A stretch of 64,000 bases of DNA, from positions 170,812,001 through 170,876,000 of the forward strand of contig NC_058368.1 in the NCBI RefSeq assembly GCF_018350175.1, in the 5' to 3' direction. Position numbers and translations under genes: made by a program. The notes under the pieces were generated by a model. The model saw only the letters and a list, made by a program, of their open reading frames with translations. It searched no databases and was not told where the DNA came from. This stretch comes from Felis catus. Taxonomy: Eukaryota. This document shows positions 1 through 12,591 of this stretch, in pieces; positions within the stretch are counted from its first letter, which is position 1; each line of letters starts with the position of its first letter.

Positions 1-1224
1 CAGCATACTTGTGACAAACATCAGTTTCTAGTCCAATGCTTTGTTCCCCGTGATAAGGAACACAGGCAAAGGAGTTGTTCAAATATCCACAGTCTGAAAT
101 TTCTCTGGCACTCATTTACTTGGCAGTTAGTATTGATTCTGTTATGGAACCAGGCTGGAACGCTGGCGGAAAAACTAAGTGGCACTCCAAGATCTTGGGG
201 GATCGGAGATTTATTTAACACTGGCAGGCTCAGAGGAGACCATTTCTCCAAAGATCTGAGCCCCAAATGCAAGCAAGAAGGGTAATTTATAGTTGTCAGC
301 CTCTATATTTGTGGAAGGGTTTTTGCGCACTTGGCAAACAGGGCTAGAAGAACCCGGAAGAGGGGTTTCTAAGCCAGAGACCAGAGCTTGTTTTAGTCCC
401 ATCGGCCATCTTATGGTGTAAAACTTTATTCATTTTCTCAACAATTCCACAAATACTTATTGACTGCCCAGTATGAGCAAGACTGGGAGCGAGGCTCTGT
501 GGGTGATCAAAACATAAATCTAGTGAGAAGGCTAAAAATTTTCCCATGATAACCTACAGAAGGTATTGGCCAAACATATCTACTGTAGTCATGCCTAAAT
601 GGAGAGAAAAAGGTTGTAAGATTTCATTTTCCTTTGCTTGGTCACTAATGTCTTCACTTCCAATCTTAGTTTAAGTTAAAAACCTGCATTTGCAACTTGA
701 GAAGTTCACTGCTGTTGATCTTTCTAGGCAGCCATGAATGGCCTGGGTGGAAGCTCAACTTATAAAATACTTAAAGATGAATGTTTGAATTCCAGAAACC
801 TAACTCCGTGACAAATCCACTGGGAACAAAATGCCTTTTAGCAGAAGGAAGCTGGAAGACATGTGGTTAAGCTATGGAGAGCATATGGAGAGTAGAGGTC
901 AAGGGGATGGGGTGGGGAGAGTGCCTGCATTCTGTGCTCCTGTCCTACATGTCTACTCTAGAGACATTTCTGACAACAGAATTTATAAATCCTTTGGCTG
1001 TACAAACCTTAGTATAACATGTTTTACATCTATTGTGATGCTTTTGTTAATAATTTCTCTACTGTGGTTTCCTCTGGGGCAGGACCCAAATTTTATTCTT
1101 TATAGATTCTGCAAGTACCTGGCTCATGTTAGACAGAATTATTGTTTGACTATCACTATGTCATCCACACTCTCATAATTCTCACTGTAGTGTTGGTCCT
1201 TTTTCTTAGAACAAACTCCTTTCT

Positions 1225-1437
1225 GGGTGCCTGGGTGACTCAGTCAGTTGAACGTCCGACTCTTGATTTCTGTCCAGATCATGATCCCAGGATCTTGGCA
1301 TCAAGCCTCATGTTGGGCTCCATGCTGAGTGTGGAGCCTGCTTAAGATTCTCTCTCTCTTTCTCTCCCCTTACCCTGCCTCTCCCCCCAACTTGCGTGTG
1401 CTCCCTCTCTCTCTCTCAAATTAAAAAAAAAAATTTT
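1225..1437 (+). mobile_element. Can-SINE (older SINEC)
   Basis: GGGTGCCTGGGTGACTCAGTCAGTTG head, (CT)n linker, A-rich tail. Confidence 0.9.
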
Positions 1438-1599
1438 AAGAGCAGTCTTTTTCTTCTCTAGTCCCTGCTCCTCCTCTATACCTATCCTACTCCTAGCTCC
1501 TACCCTTTCTGCAACCTGAAAACTTCTACACACCCTTGAAGTCTGAGCTGAGATATAGCTGTCTCTGGAATCCTTTTCCCACCATGCATGGCCTCCAGA

Positions 1600-1800
1600 A
1601 TCAATCACTGGTCCTCTCTGTGAGCTTTCAGGTCATTCTGTAATACCTCTGCCACAGTATTTAGCACACTGTGTTGATTGTCTGTGTCTGCTAATACCAA
1701 GAGAAACCCCATAAGTGCAGAGGCCATGTCTGGTTCACTACTGAATGCCCAGCACATAACGGTCATTCCATAATATTTCTTGAATAAATGAGTGAATGAA
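1600..1800 (+). mobile_element. LINE-2 3' end remnant
   Basis: CCCAGCACATA...TAATATTTCTTGAATAAATGAGTGAATGAA, typical L2 terminus. Confidence 0.65.
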
Positions 1801-3095
1801 CATATCTGTTAGAATGCATCCTTTCCATTAACTAGATGAAATGTTTTACTAATTTAACATATGTTGTAGAAAATTAGTGAGATTTCCATTACCTGTTCTT
1901 ACACCTACTACTCTTCCCTCTATCCTACCTGAAAACAGGTCCCAAGAAAATTCACTGCTTTATCTAGCCAGTCCCTAGACATTCACACACATGGTCACAT
2001 TCTAAACACAGGCAATTAACTCTAAATTATACCCAAATAAAAATGCATAAACATCATATGTAGGCCAAAGCTTGGGGCATCATAATAAATCAAAATATAG
2101 GGAGGAATTTCTAATGGGTGAAGCACTTCCCTTCTAAGAGGTGGGGATACATTCGTAAGAACTTATGTACCTAGCAGACAAGGAGGATTTCTCATCAGAG
2201 AGGCTGCAAATGGTTGTGCAACTTGGCAGAGTACTGCTTACATAGACTAAGTCATGAGTAGCACCCTCTAGAGGGGTGCCACAAAGCAGTTGTGATAAAG
2301 CTCTAGCCTTTGTGAGTGACTATGGGAAAAATCCACGCTGTTTTTTGCAGCGCAGGAAGTAACTGATTTTATCCTCTTCTGGGGAGAATGGGCGGTAGAA
2401 AGAAAGGTAACTATTGGCCATTCCTTTCCATCGTCTTTGTAACAACTCTCCTCGTTTAAGAGGACTGGGGAAAGCCAAGCTGCTAGAGTACAGGTGCCAC
2501 ACACAGAGGAGACACTAATTACATTTGAGTTGGTTGATGGATGTACCACAAAATATACATTTAGAGCAAAATGCAGAGGATGATGTAATGGTAGCCAAAG
2601 TTCTCAACTTACTCTGACATACTAGTCCTTCTTTTCCTCTTCTCTCACACTTAATTTTAAAATGTTCAGAAAGTATAGTACAATTAAATTTCTAGTAAGT
2701 AGACTATGTAACTTAATCATGAATTGGAAGAATTTGTGATATTAAAAGGAAATATTGTATGAAAACTGATTTTCAAGAACCAATTAATAATGATTCCCTT
2801 AATATTGTAATCTACTTTGACATTTTATTTGACCTTGGCACATAACCGGTATCTGATAAATAAAAAGGTGACGAAGGATATTTCATCATTCCTCCTTTGA
2901 AAATATGATGAGTTTGTGTCTCTTGACAGTGTTGAATAGAGAAAATAATTGAAATTTTTGCATCCATATAATTTTTCTGAATCTTGATAATTATGGTCAC
3001 TGAGGTATCTTCTTATATATTTTTTATTTGATACCTGTTTTTTTTTTCTGCTTTTCCTTATCATCCATCCCCTATTTTGGAAACATTTTATAGAT

Positions 3096-3701
3096 ATTTT
3101 TTAATTTAATTTTTTTAAATTTACATCCAAATTAATTAGCATATAGTGCAACAATGGTTTCAGGAGTAGGTTCCTTAATGCCCCTTACCCATTTAGCCCA
3201 TCCCCCCTCCCACAACCCCTCCAGTAACCCTCAGTTTGTTCTCCATATTTATGAGTCTCTTATGTTTTGTCCCCCTCCCTGTTTTTATATTATTTTTGTT
3301 TCCCTTCCCTTATGTTCATCTGTCTTGTCTCTTAAAGTCCTCATATGAGTGAAGTCATATGATTTTTGTCTTTCTCTGACTAATTTCACTTAGCATAATG
3401 CCCACCAGTTCCATCCACATAGTTGCAAATGGCAAGATTTCATTCTTTTTGATTGCCAAGTAATACTCCATTGTATATATATATACCACATCTTCTTTAT
3501 CCATTCATCCATCGATGGACATTTGGGCTCTTTCCTTACTTTGGCTATTGTTGATAGTGCTGCTAGAAACATTGGGTTGCATGTATCCCTTGGATAAATA
3601 CCTAGTAGTGCAATTGCTGGGTTGTGGGGTAGTACTGTTTTTAGTTTTTTTGAGGAACCTCCATACTGTTTTACAGAGTGGCTGCACTAGCTTGCATTCC
3701 C
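3096..3701 (-). mobile_element. 5'-truncated felid L1 (ORF2 C-terminus plus 3' UTR) with 14-bp TSD
   Basis: Minus-strand translation gives QPLCKTVWRFLKK and MFLAALSTIAKVRKEPKCPSMDEWIKKMWYIY (L1 ORF2 end). TSD AACATTTTATAGAT at 3082-3095 and 3702-3715. Confidence 0.93.
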
Positions 3702-4059
3702 AACATTTTATAGATTTTTAAATCCAACTTTTAATACCAGCTTTGAGAACTTACAGCTTCTTGCCACAACATAAAAAAAAAAAAAGGAAGATACTTTCTG
3801 AAAAATAACTGTGCTATGTAAGATATTGTTAGTCTAAAAAATTTCAATACAAAATTACAAAAATTGTTGAAATTTTGTCTCTTATATGTTTTGAATTGAC
3901 CTTTTTCAGGCATATCTTTACCACAAACTTTTGTCAGCTGAAAACATCTTATGCAAGTTGGTAATCTTTAGCAGTATAAAAAATGTGGTTTTCTTGAAAT
4001 TTTGGAAAGATAGAAATAGAAACAGTGTAGTTTTCTAGTCTTTTGAAACATCCCTATAA

Positions 4060-5590
4060 GAATAGAGAAACTAGGACAGAAAAACGTAAAACTCACAGAC
4101 AATATCTATAACAAAACCAGGTGACAAGGTTTCCCACGAAACCTTGAAACAAGTGAATGAGGACAAACTAATGACCATTACAAGAGCCACATAGTATTAG
4201 CCTCTAGGTTAGAGGACGTAAGGGGACGTTGATAAACCTAAGAAGAGGAGAAGACTCCAATCTCCAAAGCCTCCAAATCACTGAGAAGCAGAATGGGCCA
4301 ATACAAGAACAGCTGAAATTGTGAGGGCTTTTTGCCATCCAAATCTCTGCGAATCACAAGGGATCCCCCTACAATAAGGTCTGAAGGACTTGACTAATAC
4401 AGTCAAGGCTCTATAAATCCTGGAGGTACTATCTGAAGTCCCCTTGGGTAAATTAGGAGAAACTGCTGGGAAGAGACTCTAACACCCAGAGCAGATGAGT
4501 AGAGGTAAAGTTTCAGATAGAGGAGAAGAGATCTCAGAAAGTATGCGGTCATAATTTTGAATGCTTCATGAAAATAATCAGAAAGTCAAGAGACTTTGAA
4601 ACTAAAAGATATCCTGACCCATCGTTCTGTCAAAAAGGTTAAGAAAACCAACTTTGCTTAAAAATAAATAGCAACAGACAGGTGTCTCCATTAATTGCAA
4701 TACAAAATGATTGTAAGAGCACAGAAAATTAGCATGTCAGGAGGGTGTGCCCACAAAACAGATGAAAGCATTACACAATCTGCAGAATATTGAAATTAAT
4801 ATTACTTAATACTAAAATTAAGAACATCATAGAGGAGAGAGAAAATATAAGTCAAAAGTAAAAAAAAACAAAAAACAAAAAAACAAAAAAAGACCTCATA
4901 GTGCATGTAACTGCACACCCCAAAGAAGAAAATCAAAGCAATGAAAGCAATGGAAGAAAACAGATATGGGTACAAAGCATTCTAATTCAAGAAAACATTC
5001 CTGAAAGCAAAATGAAAAAGACTTAAGTTAAAAGAAAGACTCCTTAAAAAAAAAAAATGAAAAGAAAGATTCCTTGTCCATATCCATGCAAAAAGAGCAA
5101 GTCGTGTATTTGGAATAGAAAGCCAGATGGAGAGAGAGGAGGGGGCAGAAGGAGGGGCGAAGAATGAGGAGCTTCATGTAAAAAGAGAATAAGAGACGCA
5201 TGTAACCAGTCAGACTGTGTGGACCTTATTTGGATGCTGATTCAAACAAACAATTTTTAACATGTCCAAGACAATTGGATATTCGAAACACTGCGGTTTT
5301 GAAAATATTAAGGAATTGTAATTTATAGGTATGATAATGGCATTGTAGTTATGAGTTTTAAAAGATCCTTTTTTTTTTTTAGAGAAAACTCCTTATTTAT
5401 AATGAAATTATGTGATGTCTGATACTTCAAAATTAAAAAAAAAGAGAATGGAAAATAATTGATTGGATAAATAAAACAGCATTGGCCATGAATTAATAAT
5501 TATTGAAGCTGTGTAGCAATTACACAGAATGGTTCATGGTATGTTGCCTAGTTGGTATATGTTTAACACAATTCTCAATACAAAGTTTAA
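4060..5590 (+). mobile_element. Ancient L1M fragments (5'/ORF1-like part, then L1M 3'-end-like part)
   Basis: A-rich L1-like tracts (CAAGAAAACATTCCTGAA; GGACCTTATTTGGATGCTGATTCAAACAAAC). Heavily decayed. Confidence 0.55.
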
Positions 5591-5847
5591 AAAGAATTTT
5601 TTTTGTCCTCAAATAGGATGGACAGTTCAAGCCAAGGCAAGATAAATGTTTTTCATTTTCTTAAACCCAAAATTTCTAGAGTATCAGCTTATGGAAATAT
5701 TTCCCCTGGTGTTATGCTAGCCTGTTGGGGCTGTTTAGATGTATCTTCCTTAACATTAACTTAATTAAACTGTTTTCACATCTACTCCACTGAATGCATA
5801 TTTCTGAGAAGCATTTCATGGTTATTAGTATTATTATTTTTTTTTAG

Positions 5848-5920
5848 GATTGTGGAAAAGGGATATTATAGTGAACGAGATGCTGCAGATGCTGTTAAAC
5901 AAATCCTGGAGGCAGTTGCT
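5848..5920 (+). CDS. CAMK4: CAMK4 internal coding exon (exon 5 by human numbering), 73 nt
   Basis: Acceptor tttttag|G and donor GCT|gtaagt. Translates (R)IVEKGYYSERDAADAVKQILEAVA, recognised as CaMKIV kinase domain. Ends in phase 0, in frame with the next exon. Confidence 0.97.
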
Positions 5921-6821
5921 GTAAGTATGAAGTGACAGCAGTAGTGTAACTTTTGGTAAACTTTCCTTCTTACAGAATCATCAGTTAACTAGTGTACATC
6001 TGTGACCAGCCGTAACATTTACAACAAAACAGTATGCAATACTTTGTAGAATATATGTTGATAAATGTATATTTTCTATTGATTACTCCCTGAGAGATGC
6101 AGTCCTCCTGTATAATACCATAAGTTTGTTAAAATAATTTCCGTTATTATGAAATCCAATCAGACTTTGGTGCTGGTGCCTATACTTGTTCTCTTCTCTT
6201 TCTTTCCATTTCTTGAGTTTGTTTCCTTATTGTTTTTGTTATTTGGCAGGGAAGTGGAGGAAGGTTGAATGTGACAAATATAGATCTTGGAGCATAGAGA
6301 TTATTGATTTTTCTTTCAAGACAAGTAATAAATGAATTAAAGTTAAAAATACTGACAATTGTATTTTTTAAAGGAAAAATATAAGTTAATGTTTCTAACT
6401 AGAATAAAGGTTTGAAAGTTGATGATAGAAACATGCATACACATTTACAGAAATATGTAATTTTGAGAAGCTTGTTTGGATTGAATTAATAAGGAAACAT
6501 TTGCCTAGATGAAACAGACTCCACTGATGAAATTTTTCCCATATGTTTAATGGTGTCTGATATGTGCTGGAACACTTTGGTGATTATTCATTTATTGAAT
6601 ATAAAGTCAGAACAAATTACTCTCTGAACAAACAGGATGAAGCCCAAGCGGAGATATTTATCAGCATTAAAGAGACAAATCTATAAAATATACTCAGAAT
6701 TAAGATATACTCTATTGTGTGGAGTCAATTATCTAACTAAAATCATCATTCAGTATCTTGAGAAATCAACCACAGTGACAAGATGACATGTCCTGTGAAT
6801 TTTACCCCAACCAAAACAGAA

Positions 6822-6872
6822 AGGAGGGAAGGAGGGAAGGGAGCCAAGGAGGGAGAGAAGAAGGAAAGAAAG
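6822..6872. repeat. Purine-rich (GGAA/GGGA)n low-complexity tract
   Basis: aaggagggaaggagggaagggagccaaggagggagagaagaaggaaagaa. Confidence 0.7.
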
Positions 6873-7606
6873 TAAGAATGACTCTGATATCTAACTAGCT
6901 TATCTATCATTGATGAAAAGGAAAAACAGTCTTCACAATCTCCACAGGACTCCTAGAGATAGCAGATCTGTGGTCTGACCAAATCCATGATTGAGCTATC
7001 AACACCAAGTTCAATTGGATATATAGCCCAGTCTTTCCAAATTATTCCTTCCTATACAAGTGTTTTGGTCTTTTTGCTGTGGTAGGGTATGAAAAGTTTG
7101 AAGGTGGAGAGGATGCCCTGGAATTTTACTCTAAATATACAGTGCAGTTCCTGATTATATGAATATTTTATTTCAAATTCATCCTCTTACCATACCCAAA
7201 ATAACCCCTCCACTCCAGAGTTTTCATCACACGCAGTATAGTTACCATCCCTGGTTTCTTAAGCTTGCCAGCTTGGGAATGATTTTTAGCTCTTCCATTA
7301 CCTTCTCTCCTCATAGCCACCTTTCCAACTTCAGTGGGGTCTTCCTTCTACTGCCCCTGAACCTAATCCTGCTCCCTACCATGCGATGACTGCTCCTGAG
7401 TGCTTTATTAAACAAACAAGCAAACAAACAACCACTTCTAGTTACTTCCAGTTCCTGTCATTAAATATATAAGTCTAGAATTCTCTTTTTCAGTCCTTGT
7501 TTTCATCTTGTCACTTCTGAGTTCAATAATGGCAGTTATTTGTAATTTAAATTTTTAAATTTTTTATTTTTTTTAATTTAATTAATTTTTAAATTTCCAT
7601 TTATTT

Positions 7607-7818
7607 ATTTTTTTTTCAACGTTTATTTATTTTTGGGACAGAGAGAGACAGAGCATGAACAGGGGAGGGTCAGAGAGAGAGGGAGACACAGAATCGGAAA
7701 CAGGCTCCAGGCTCTGAGCCATCAGCCCAGAGCCCGACGCGGGGCTCGAACTCACGGACCGCGAGATCGTGACCTGGCTGAAGTCGGACGCTTAACCGAC
7801 TGCGCCACCCAGGCCCCC
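7607..7818 (-). mobile_element. Young SINEC_Fc-like element nested in the tail of an older SINE
   Basis: CpG-intact body. TSD TCCATTTATTT at 7596-7606 and 7819-7829. Confidence 0.93.
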
Positions 7819-8010
7819 TCCATTTATTTTTGAGAGAGAGAGAGTGCGAGCGAGCAGGGGAGGGGCAGAGAGGGAGACGCAGAATCCAAAGCAGACTCCA
7901 GGCTCTGAGCTGTCAGCACAGAGCCTGACATGGTGTTTGAATTCATGAACCACAAGATCATGACCTGAGCTGAAGTCAGATGCTCAACCGACTGAGCCAC
8001 TCGGGCGTCC
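7819..8010 (-). mobile_element. Older felid Can-SINE (host of the nested insertion; tail continues at about 7545-7606)
   Basis: ...ATCATGACCTGAGCTGAAGTCAGATGCTCAACCGACTGAGCCACTCGGGCGTCC. Confidence 0.9.
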
Positions 8011-8052
8011 TTTATGTCTTTCTTAAATACCCATTTAAAAACTTCGTTTTTC

Positions 8053-8265
8053 GGGGTGCCTGGGTGGCGCAGTCGGTTAAGCGTCCGACTTCAGCCAGGT
8101 CACGATCTCGCAGTCTGTGAGTTCGAGCCCCGCGTCAGGCTCTGGGCTGATGGCTCAGAGCCTGGAGCCTGTTTCCGATTCTGTGTCTCCCTCTCTCTCT
8201 GCCCCTCCCCCGTTCATGCTCTGTCTCTCTCTGTCCCAAAAATAAATAAACGTTGAAAAAAAAAA
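8053..8265 (+). mobile_element. Young SINEC_Fc-like element
   Basis: GGGGTGCCTGGGTGGCGCAGTCGGTTAAGCG head. Flanking repeat ATTTAAAAACTTCGTTT(T/C)TC at 8033-8052 and 8265-8284. Confidence 0.93.
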
Positions 8266-8384
8266 TTTAAAAACTTCGTTTCTCATTACTATATATGATA
8301 GATTATCTATTTAAATAAACATGCTGGCAGTGGCCCACTGTCAATTTATCCAAATCACGCAGGCAGCTGGTATAACAGTTAAGA

Positions 8385-8540
8385 GGACTTAGGGAGTCAG
8401 AGCTTGGTTCAGTTTCGAGATATGTGAGCTTGGGCCCTATCACTAAACACTTCTGAGCCTCAGTTTCCTCATGTAAAATGGGCATAATATTTAACCTAAC
8501 AGAGTAGTAGAAAAGACTAAATAAGCTGATAGCAATGTTC
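8385..8540 (+). mobile_element. MIR
   Basis: Core TCTGAGCCTCAGTTTCCTCATGTAAAATGGG. Confidence 0.8.
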
Positions 8541-9299
8541 AAAAGAGAGGGAAAAGGGCAAGCAACTTCAGACTCAGTATATTCGTATAAAGATGTATTA
8601 GATGTTGAAAATCTATACGTACATCCCTACTCCCCAGCTAAGTACTAAAATCAAAAACAATTGACAATAGTCAGTGCTCAATAAATATTTACCAACTAAA
8701 CAACTGAAAATGCATCAAAATAGAAATAGTCACTATTCTGTGTTTTGTCTTTCTAGATGCTGATACATTTAGTGAAACATGCTTACTATCATTTTTCTGC
8801 TCATTTCATATGAAACAAAGCTTTCTTTATAACTTGCTTCCATTCATGAGATTCTTTTCTCTCCCTTACTATCATTTAATTCTTTTCCCGTCATTCAAAA
8901 CGCACCTTCTTCAATATGTTCTTTCTGGCTGCTTCCATCCATTTAGGTCAGCGCTTGATTCTTTTGGTTTATCACAGTGGGCATACTTCAATTTAGTGAT
9001 ACTCAGGTAGCTGACTGAGAGAACCCTGTCCTTATTCAGCGAATGAGAAATGAATGCTTTCATCATCAGACTTTTTCCACCTATTGGAGTTACACCAATT
9101 AAGGAATAAAAGGGCCCCCAACAGGGAGGGATGCCCCAGATAGGGGTACCTCACATAGAAAAGAGGGCCTAGACTTTCAACTCTATTCCAGATCTTGCAA
9201 GATGGATTGATTAGTCTACTACTAATTGTCAATTTAAAGCAAACAAACAAAAAACTTGTTATTCTATCTACTCAGAAAGCTCCAGTTTGAGAAGTTACC

Positions 9300-9606
9300 G
9301 AGCAAAGGGGGGGGGGGGGACAAAAAGAGAAAGAGGCAGGCTGAGAAATAGACTCTTAACTCCAGAGAACAAACTGATGGTTACCGGAGGGGAGGTTTGT
9401 GGGGAGATGGGTTAAATAGGTGTTGGGGATTAAGGAGTGCACTTGTTGTGATGAGCCCCAGATGATGTATGGAACTATTGAACCACTATACTGTATACCT
9501 GAAACTAGTATTACACTGTATGTTAACTAACTGGAGTTTAAATAAAAACTTACATAATAAAAAAAAGTACTAAATAAAGAAATAAGTAAGAGCAAAGAAA
9601 AAAAAA
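9300..9606 (+). mobile_element. Carnivore L1 3' UTR fragment with A-rich tail
   Basis: AGAGAACAAACTGATGGTTACC...GAAACTAGTATTACACTGTATGTTAACTAACTGGAGTTTAAATAAAAACTT. Confidence 0.85.
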
Positions 9607-12591
9607 GTAGATTGCCACATTCAAGTCACTCTTTGAAAGAAGTTTTACAAAAATTTTCACTGATTGCTACAACTAAAGATTAACTTAGAGAAAAAAGTAA
9701 TAATTTTCCTAAATGTTTCCACAGGTAGAATAAGCAAGCAATTTAAAACTTATGGGAAGTGGCTGACATTTATGAAATAGTTTATTGTCAACTACATAGC
9801 TATAGATAGCTATAAAAATAGGACAGTTGGGAACTCAAAGTAATCAGTGATACATCTCACATTTCCTCTGGATCACACACTTAGAAGACTATATCTAGGC
9901 TGGCTTTTGAAAGCACAGAAGCAGAAAGCTTGAAGATTGAAAAGTTCTTGGGAAATATGTTGTGTGGATAATTATACCTCTTAGGTAACAAATCTCACAA
10001 TCCTTCCCTTCCTCCCCACTTCATCCCAATTCTTGCCCCAAATATTTCACAGTATTTGTCTGACTGTAATCTTGCTCCTTCTGCTTTTTAGCTTTAAATA
10101 GAATTTATGAAAGCTTTTAAAGTGAATGTGAAAGATGTTTCCCTCTTTGAGTTTGAATTCATCCAGTTAGTCTTTGAGGGCAGATCATTAAGCCTTCTTG
10201 AGTATTCTATCTTCCTGAAATGAATTCCAGGTAGTCCCAAATTAGATGGTCTAGGTCAATCTGGACAGTTTGGAAGGGTCATCACGTCCTCATATGTCAG
10301 AAAGCACAATGCCAAGTCTTAAAGCCCTCCTTTTCCATTTACTTACAAAGATAATCAGGGAATAGTCCAACACCTCTGATGTCTCTTACTGTTGCCACCA
10401 TGTCCAGTCCTTTTCTTGTTCTCCCTGATATCCTACTGTCCCTCTATTTCCAAAAAGAATTACTGTCTCCTTTTTGCCCCACTCCTAATGCCACTTTCCA
10501 TCTTTTTTCTAGCCACAACTCTCTTAGGTATGTCTTAGTTTCAAAGCCATGATTTGAGCACCTGGAGAAACTTGTACATATAGAGTATATATTGAATTTA
10601 ATAAAATAGAAGGAAATGGTTGAAGAACTTAAACATGTCTGCTGCCCTAGTACATAGATTTGGGGTTAGAATTATTTTGAATATTGTGATAGTAGGGGTA
10701 AAGAGTTGCAAACAAAAGCATCTAACCTTTTAAAGTTGTGGAAACCAAAATGGTATCTGAACATTGAAGTAAAACAGGAAGTGGACGTGAAAAAGATGAA
10801 ATATTCCAGGCTTCTTGTGGTAAAAATTTTTAAAACCTATAACCTCCCCTAAAAAAGGACAGATTTTTAGGGGTTGATTGTGCACACATCCCTGCCTGGA
10901 AGGATTATCAAGGCAAAGAGGATTTCAAAAAATGACATCTAGTTAATTGTTCTTCTCAGGATTGAGATGAGTGTGTTCACTATTGCAAAAGCTGGTTGAA
11001 GTGTCATGGACATGATGTGACTGAGTAGATGTGGTCTGATTCTTGTTTGATGACCTCAGATTATAGTCATTACAGATTTATTCATAGCTATTCTGTCAGG
11101 TTTCTGTTGATTAGGGCACAAGATTGACAGGTTCATTGACTTTGGAGCAGGAGAACTGGCTAATCTTAAGTAAGGGTGGGGAATATTGTCTAGTTAATGA
11201 TGGTGGTATCCAAAAACACAAAAAGGAAATAATGTAACAAAGAGGAATACTCACAGTGTCCTTATGAAGTCAGCAAAGGCATGGATTGTGTCTGTCTCTA
11301 TACATGACCTATTAAGATTAATGTGAATAAAAAGAGAGAGAGAGAAATAGGGGAATTCAGGCTATAAGGGAATATAGTTTTAAGAAAGGTAACAAGTTTT
11401 AATTATGTTTAGAAATGCTTATTCCAAGCAGGTTTGTATAGACCATGAGACGAAGGATATTACCATATCATCACAATACCTTTTTGATTTTAAACAACCT
11501 TACTCTAATTGGTAATTTGGCCTATTTTCCATTCCTGTGACACTGTAGTGCGCATATATGTATTCTTTTCCTCAGATACTGAATGATCTGAAAAGCTAAA
11601 ATTCAGAAAAAGCTGAGCAAAGAATTCTACCACCCACAAAGGGGTCTCTAGGAGGACAAGGTCTTCTTTACACCGATATAATTTATGTGCGACAGCCTCT
11701 ACCTATGGGCTACCAGGGTAGGACTCTCGGCTGGAAAGATTCCTTTGACAGTGATCTCGTTTTAAGAAAGAATGATTGTGTGGGAAATATCAAAGTGTTG
11801 TGGTTTGAAGGTGAACAGTGATCTTTTCTTTGTAAGTGTGCTTCTCTCCAAGGATGGTAGAGTGACTAAGGTTAGATTCTACTTAACTATTTCCATGTTC
11901 TTCCATTGTTTGTTTATTGGAAGATGGGGGCAGGACCATGAAATTTATTTCCTTCCTCTCTGGTAATAGTTCTCTGCCCAAAAGCTGAAGAATTCCCTGT
12001 CTTGAGAGAATGAAGTCCTATTTTGTGTTGTATGTGTATCTACAACTTCTAAAGTCTTTGGCCCATAAAAATGAATTTTTATTTTGGGAATGGCCAATTC
12101 AGATGTAGTGTTAAAAACATGAACAATTCTCTCAAATAGTCAGGTAGAATATTTTTTCATTTCTAGAAGGAGAGCATTCAAGCAATGTTATAATATTCTG
12201 TTAATGTCACTCTTTGAACATGGAATTTTTATTTTCTTATCATTAAATCATTCAGGAACAAATTTTGCAAACGTTTTACAAAATATTTTTATCTGCCTAA
12301 TAAATGAGAAATATGTGATTCAATGAAGATGTCAAATTAACATACAGGCATAGGCCTAGATCATGGCCTATGCACATTGTACCAGTCATGGAAACAGATG
12401 GTTAACTTGGTTTTCTTATTTTAATCACTGTCTTCCATCCCATCTCAAGGGTTTAGCTCCTGAATGAGGAATGCTCACAAATGTCCAGTTTGCTCACTTT
12501 GACTGAGATGTAGAATTTCTCAGTGAGGACAGTGGGAACACTAGTTTCATTTGGGCAAGGCAGCTCTTTATAAGTGGTTAGCATCCCTGGC

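Noticed and set aside
12348..12373. Perfect 9-bp inverted repeat GCATAGGCC-N8-GGCCTATGC
   Set aside because: A few such hairpins are expected by chance in 64 kb; no ncRNA context.
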